From Blastocladiella emersonii ATCC 22665 (Eukaryota > Fungi > Blastocladiomycota), in contig JANHCV010000011.1 of assembly GCA_025594325.1 (NCBI GenBank), positions 496,001 to 560,000 on the forward strand: DNA of 64,000 nucleotides, given 5' to 3'. The position numbers and the translations under genes were made by a program. The notes beneath the pieces are model-generated. The model was not told the DNA's origin. It saw only the letters and a program-made list of their open reading frames with translations, and ran no database searches. Shown piece after piece: positions 58,222 to 64,000 of the stretch (positions are counted from its first letter, which is position 1; each line of letters starts with the position of its first letter).

Positions 58222-59806
58222 ATGGGTGTTCTGGGTACTTGTCTGCCCCGCCCACCCGACCGCCTCGCCATGCAGCAGCGCGACTGACGCTCGGCCCCAT
58301 GAACCAACCCATGTATTCCAATGAACAGAGAAGATCGACGAGATCCAGGCCGAGATCAACCGGACCCAGAAGAACAAGGGTACGCCCTCGCGCCGTGTCG
58401 TGCTACGCGCTGGTCCGAGCTGACACGGCGGCCCACCTTCTGCAGCCACGGCCCACCATCTGGGGACGCTAAAGGCCAAGCTCGCCAAGCTCCGCCGTGA
58501 GCTCCTCACGCCCACCACCAGCGGCGGTGGCGGCGGTACCGGTTTCGATGTCGCCAAGACGGGTGTTGCCCGTGTGGGCTTCGTTGGCTTCCCCTCCGTC
58601 GGTGCGTTCTCCCACACAAGTTTTATGTGCTCGCGCATCACCTACTAACGCTCTCAATCATTCTCACTGCGTAGGCAAGTCGAGTCTGGTGTGTATCCCG
58701 CGCGCCTGACGGACACGCCGCGACCGCTGAAACTGACCCCACCTCGACCCCCACCCCGCAGATGTCCAAGCTCACCGGCACCCACTCCGAGGTCGGCGCC
58801 TACGAGTTCACCACCCTCACCACCGTCCCCGGTGTCATCCAGTACAAGGGCGCCAAGGTCCAGATCCTCGATCTGCCCGGTATCATTGAGGGCGCCAAGG
58901 ACGGCAAGGGTCGTGGTCGCCAGGTCATCGCCGTCGCCCGTACCTGCTCCCTCATCTTCATCGTGCTCGACGTCCTCAAACCGCTTACCCACAAGCGCAT
59001 CATCGAGCGCGAGCTCGAGGGGTTCGGCATCCGCCTCAACAAGCAGCCGCCCAACATCATCTACCGCAAGAAGGAGAAGGGCGGCATCTCCATGTCCGCC
59101 ACCGTCACCATGACCCACCTCGACCTCGACACGGTCAAGTCGATTCTCGCCGAGTACCGCGTGCACAACGCCGACATCCGGTTCAACTGCGACGCGACCG
59201 AGGACGAGCTCATCGACATCATCGAGGGTACGATTCGCCGGTTCATTGCGTGCCTGTCCTACGAGGCCATCGCGCTTCCATCACAACCACGCTCTCTCAC
59301 GCTCACCAACTCCATCACATCATCGCCGTACAGGCAACCGCATCTATACCCCCTGTGTCTACATCCTCAACAAGATTGACCAGATTTCCATCGAGGAGCT
59401 CGACATCATCTACAAGATCCCGCACGCCGTCCCGATCTCGGCCCACCACGGCTGGAACTTTGACGACATGCTCGCCAAGATGTGGGACTACCTCAACCTC
59501 GTCCGCGTCTACACGCGCCCCAAGGGCCAGGCCCCCGACTACTCGGCCCCCGTCGTGCTCAAGGGTACCGCCTGCACCGTCGAGGACTTCTGCAACAACA
59601 TCCACAAGTCGATTCTCGATAACTTCTCGCAGTACGTTTTCTCTTCGCTCTCGCTTTCGCTCGTTTCACTGGCGCTAACCCTCTCGCATTTGACGCGCAG
59701 CGCGCTCGTGTGGGGCAAGTCGGTCAAGCACGCGCCACAGAAGGTCGGCAAGGACCACGTCCTCATGGACGAAGACGTCGTCTCGATTGTCAAGCGCGTC
59801 GGCTGA
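58222..59806 (+). CDS. RBG1: Developmentally regulated GTP-binding protein (DRG1/Rbg1), multi-exon
   Basis: RTQKNKATAHHLG, GFPSVGKSSL (spliced), [30 protein letters not shown] and a C-terminal TGS domain (VWGKSVKH...DEDVV). Confidence 0.95.
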
Positions 59807-60164
59807 GTGCGTCTCGCGAGGAGGAGTTGTGAATGTATTGCACGAGTTAGTTTTGTTTTCCTCAAGCATCGGCTCCTCCCATCCCAGTCAGTGGCTCGAG
59901 GAATAAGCGAGGACTTCCGCCCGAGGGCGAACAAAGTGTAAATATCGAACCACGCTCTCGCACAAGCACGCGGAACGCGTTCCTGCGGGACATGAGCGAC
60001 GCGTGGCTGATCACGCTTGAGATCACCTCCACCGCCCGCACTTCCGCGTCGTCCTGCAAGTCCTTTTGCCCGACGACGTCGCTCCTTCGCATTCGACAGC
60101 ACTTGAAGCACTATGCAGAAAAAGTGTGTCAGCGCGATGGCGGGTCGCGTCAACACGTCCTTGT

Positions 60165-60602
60165 TTCTCACTTTCGTCGTTCTCAAGCATATTCAATCCG
60201 TTCGCCCACAAGCGCATCATCGAGCGCGAGCTCGAGGGATTCGGTATCCGCCTCAACAAGCAGCCGCCCAACATCATCTACCGCAAGAAGGAGAAGGGCG
60301 GCATCTCCATGTCCGCGACCGTCACCATGACCCACCTCGACCTCGACACGGCCAAGTCGATTCTCGCCGAGTACCGCGTCCACAACGCCGACATCCGGTT
60401 CAACTGCGACGCGACCGAGGACGAGCTCATCGACATCATCGAGGGTACTATTCGCCAGTTCACCGCGGAACCTGCGCAGCGAGGCCATCGCGTATCCATC
60501 ACACCGACGCTCTCTCACGCTCACCAACTCCATCACATCACCGCCGTACAGGCAACCACATCAACATCGCTCGACATCGTGTACAAGATCCCTCACGCTG
60601 TG
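60165..60602 (+). pseudogene. Partial, intron-retaining tandem duplicate of the DRG/Rbg1 gene
   Basis: Near-identical to 58987-59228, then a diverged copy of the intron, then an internal deletion before LDIVYKIPHAV. It has no start codon or P-loop. Confidence 0.85.
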
Positions 60603-60669
60603 GTCAGCAAGCAAGAATGTACTCCACCCTGCCCGTCGCGTCAAATCATGCACAATGATCTCGCCGCCG

Positions 60670-62067
60670 TCACGGCTGAATCGCGCGCTTGCGGCGCACC
60701 GCCTCCATCTCGTTGTAAATGAACGCGGCCGGATCCTCCTCGTCCATGCGGGTCTGGATCGCCGCGGCCTGCGCGTGCATGGCCTCGAGCCGCTTCGGGT
60801 CGAGCGCCTGCGCGAGCGCGCCCGCGAACTTGGCCGGCGTGAGGTCCTTGACCCACCCGGCATCGAGCCCGCACCCGCGGCGCGCGACGAGGCTCGCCCA
60901 AAATGGCTGGTCGCTGCTCTTGGCGCACGGCACGACCACGGTCGCGCACCCGGCCAGCAGGCCCGTCTGTAGCGTGCCGGCGCCGCCGTGGTGCACGACG
61001 ACGGCACAGTGCGGGAACAGCGCGTCGTGCGCGACGGGGGTCTCGAGGACGAGGCAGTGCGGCGTCGAAACGAGGCCGTCGGACGCGTTGAACGCGGTGC
61101 CCGGGCCCGTCACGGTGTGCAGAATGGCGCGGAACCGCGGCGTAGCGGTAGTGGTGCCCTGGGCGAGCGCGAGGCCGTCGTACAGGACGCGCACGATGCG
61201 GAGGGCGTCGGCGGGATCGTCAAAGGCGACGCCCAGCATGCTCCCGAGGCCGATGTAGACGAGCGGGAGATCCGAGTCGCGCTTGACAAAAGCGTCGATA
61301 TCGTCCGGCAGCGCGGCGCGTCCGGCGGGCGGCTGGTACGCGAGGAAGCCGGCGACGTGGTGGTTGGCGGGCCAGTCGTCCGGTTTCAGGAGCAGGGCGG
61401 CCGAGTAGATGTGGACAATGGGCCAGTCCGCGTTGATGGCCGAGGCCGTGTGGAGCGGCTCGGTGGGCCACGGCGCGATGCCGTGCTCGGCGCACAGATC
61501 GACGGTGACCGGGTGCATGAGCTTCGAGTGGACGAGCGGCAGGCTGAGCGACCAGACGAGCTTGTTGAGGACGCCGAGCGGGAGCGAGACGCCGAGGTTG
61601 GCGGTGGGCGGGGTGAAGGCGGCGGTCGGGTAGGCGGCGACCGTGTGCAGCATCATGATGCCCGCGGCTGGGTGCTTGGCGTGGATGTAGGACAGCACGC
61701 CCGAGAGCGCGGCGAGCGTGGGCAGCGCGACCAGGTCGACGGGCGCGTGCGCGTCCATGGCGGCGGCAACGGAGCGGAACCAACCGCCGTGCATGTAGCG
61801 GAACAGGTCGCGGGTGCGCGCGAGCATCGAGAACATGCCGGCGTTCTTGATGGCGCGGCCGGCGTCGGAGCCGTGCAGCGCGTCGTGGATCGAGGGGGAG
61901 ACGGGGAAGAAGTCGAGGCCGTGGCCGCGGATGAATGGCTCGTACTCGGGGTGCGCGCCCAGCACGAAGCGGTACGAGGCGTCGCGCGCCATGACCGACG
62001 TGGCCAGCGCGACGTACGGCTGCACGTCGCCGCGCGTGCCGATGCAGGGGATCAGGACGGTCGGCAT
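60670..62067 (-). CDS. UDP-glycosyltransferase, GT1 sterol 3-beta-glucosyltransferase-like catalytic domain only; intronless
   Basis: IGTRGDVQPYVAL, VYIGLGSM, HDALFPHCAVVVHHGGAGT and DQPFW. Confidence 0.9.
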   Translation of the reverse strand: MPTVLIPCIGTRGDVQPYVALATSVMARDASYRFVLGAHPEYEPFIRGHGLDFFPVSPSIHDALHGSDAGRAIKNAGMFSMLARTRDLFRYMHGGWFRSVAAAMDAHAPVDLVALPTLAALSGVLSYIHAKHPAAGIMMLHTVAAYPTAAFTPPTANLGVSLPLGVLNKLVWSLSLPLVHSKLMHPVTVDLCAEHGIAPWPTEPLHTASAINADWPIVHIYSAALLLKPDDWPANHHVAGFLAYQPPAGRAALPDDIDAFVKRDSDLPLVYIGLGSMLGVAFDDPADALRIVRVLYDGLALAQGTTTATPRFRAILHTVTGPGTAFNASDGLVSTPHCLVLETPVAHDALFPHCAVVVHHGGAGTLQTGLLAGCATVVVPCAKSSDQPFWASLVARRGCGLDAGWVKDLTPAKFAGALAQALDPKRLEAMHAQAAAIQTRMDEEDPAAFIYNEMEAVRRKRAIQP

Positions 62068-62605
62068 GGTGGTTGCTAGGTCGTCTAGAGGGAGCGCCGG
62101 ATCATGGGCAGCGTGCAAGTGCTCCGGATGGCTGCATTCGAGTGTTCATGGCGAGAGTGGGAGATGCTCGGGCGGGCAAGGCAGGGAACGGTTGGGAGAG
62201 GTCGGAAGCGGCCGGCGGGATGAGCGACGCGACGGACGCTCGCTCCGCGTGCTTCGCCGTTCGACGGCCCGTGCCAAGCATAAATTCATGCCAACGAGTA
62301 AAATTTAGATTCTGCGCGTCATTTAAGATATCAAAGATCATGACGCTTTTATTTGGACGCGTCCAGCAATATCCAAACCAACGGATTTCTATCCGGGTGT
62401 GTCACGCGTGCGCACCTGACGGGCTGATGCTCTCGTCCCCTCCTCTCCTCCCCTCTCGTCGTCCCTTTCACCGCCCTTCTCCGCTGACGAGCTCGACCAC
62501 GGCGCTGACAAGTCCCCGCGAGACTGCCGCCACACCCACTCGGTGCAACCGACCATCGCCCCGTCGACCTCGCGACTGCCCGATCCTCTCGCCCTCAAAC
62601 TCGCC

Positions 62606-64000
62606 ATGTACCCCAAGCCAGGCCGCGGGACCCCGCAAAAGGCCGGCCCGCCACACGGGACGTGGGGCCGCCCGTCCAAGCCGTCTGGCACCGAGAGCCG
62701 CTCGCACAGCGCCGCCGCGACCCCCGCCGGTGCGTCGCGCACGCCCGGGGCCGCCGGCCGGACGCCTGCCGTCGCGGCGGCGCCCAAGCTCGACCTCAAG
62801 ATTCGCGTGCAGGTCGTCAGCCGCGCCGAGCGCGACCCGGAGTCGCTCGTCTTCAACGCGCCGCCGCGCCCAGTCGACCGCCGCTTCATCGTGCTCGCGT
62901 CGCGCGACTGGACCGTCGCCCGCCTCCGCGACGCCGTCGTCGCACAGTACAACGCCATGTTCGCCGCTGACTCGGAGCCGTACGATCTGCCCGCCTGACG
63001 TTGGGCTCGATGCACACTAACCCTCCGCGGTCGATCACCAGACTGCCCCCGACGACGCTGCTCCAGGACGCGGACCGCTTCACCATCCCGACCGCCTACC
63101 CCGTGAGCCTCGTCTTCAACGACTCCAAGGACGTGTTTGCCGTCTCGCCCGCCGTCCTGTTCCCGCTCGCGCCCGCGCAGAAGCGGTCGTTTGACGACAT
63201 GGCCGTCGCCTCGGCCTCTGCCCCTGCCGCGCTGCCCAACGGCGATCTCGCCCCCTCCGCGCTCGAGTCGGCGTCGACGTCCGCTGCCGCTCCGCCGGCT
63301 AAGCGCCAGAAGCCCGATCCTGAATTCGCCTCCCCGGAGCTGCGCTCGCGTCCCGCCCCGCCTGCAGCGCGTCCTTCGGCACCCGCTGGGCGTGCTATTG
63401 CTATCCCCGCCCTCCCGCCTAAACCGCGCTCGCCCCCTCGGCCTGCCGCCCAGGCCGCCACTACCAACGGCATCCTCACCACTGAGACTGCTCCGTCGTC
63501 GCCGCTCATCGTGCGCTCGTCGACTGCCGAGTTCTCGACCTCTTCGTCCTCATCTTCCTCGAGCGACGAGGACGTCGATGCCGTCATGGACTCGCCGAGC
63601 GTCCACGCACCGCCCGCCGTCGTCGCCGCTGCGCGTAAGCCTGTCACGGCTGAGCCCATGGACGTGGACCCGAAGCCACGGGCAGCAGCGAAACCGGCTG
63701 CGCGCACCGCCGAGATCAACACGCCCGCCGCTGCGTCGTCGGCACCCGCCGCGATCCCGCCCTCGGTCCTCAGCGTCAAGCCGTCGCCCGGGTCGCCCCT
63801 CGCCACGGGTGGCGCGAGCCGCTCCGCGACCCCGACGCCCGCGGGTAAGCCTGCCGTCGTGGACGCGTCGGGCTCCGATGGCGACGACGAGTCGAGCGAC
63901 GATGACGAGAAGGAGACGGCACCCGCCAAGAAGCCCGTTGTCGCCGCCGCGACGTCGGGCGATGCCGAGGACAGTGACTACGAGTCGGGCGAGTCCTCGG
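62606..64000 (+). CDS. Net1/Dnt1-like nucleolar protein (Cdc14-binding N-terminal-like domain plus low-complexity tail); intron 62980-63041; truncated by the window edge
   Basis: Spliced RRFIVLASRDWTVARLRDAVVAQYNAMF...LLQDADRFTIPTAYPVSLVFNDSKDVFAV resembles the Cytokin_check_N pattern. It is followed by Ser/Asp/Pro-rich sequence. Confidence 0.45.

Noticed and set aside
57933-58233. Divergent nucleoporin and DRG genes both begin MGVL
   Set aside because: The codons differ (atgggagtgctc versus atgggtgttctg) and there is no further symmetry, so this is most likely chance. The ~290-bp bidirectional promoter is ordinary for a compact fungal region.

Overview
This is eukaryotic genomic DNA, most likely from a GC-rich zoosporic fungus of the Blastocladiomycota/Allomyces type. 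That assignment is an inference from short GTAYGY...YAG introns, fungal Atg44- and Net1-like genes and an IQCH-like gene. The window has two compartments. (1) About 1-40.7 kb has no recognisable host protein genes. It holds three tRNA genes among nested transposons: a complete 6.1 kb PIF/Harbinger element (16-bp TIRs, TTA TSD) carrying a Helitron 3' end and an extra unknown gene, a deleted Harbinger, a TT-flanked TIR family with AGATCT subterminal arrays plus its MITE, solo LTRs with perfect TSDs, a 26-bp minisatellite, and a Helitron Rep relic split by a full-length 5.4 kb Ty3/Gypsy chromovirus. (2) About 40.9-64 kb is gene-dense: IQCH-like, Ap4A phosphorylase, tandem-WW protein, a 74-aa Atg44/mitofissin-like gene missed by the ORF track, a low-complexity protein, glutathione peroxidase, a six-zinc-finger Nup153-like nucleoporin, DRG/Rbg1 GTPase with a partial duplicate, a UDP-glycosyltransferase and a Net1/Dnt1-like gene. 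The most notable observations are a perfectly folded tRNA-Ser with the rare ACU anticodon, CpG-specific C-to-T erosion of the chromovirus, its tRNA-independent self-priming signature, and the composite Harbinger/Helitron element. All family assignments come from motif recognition by eye; no searches were run.
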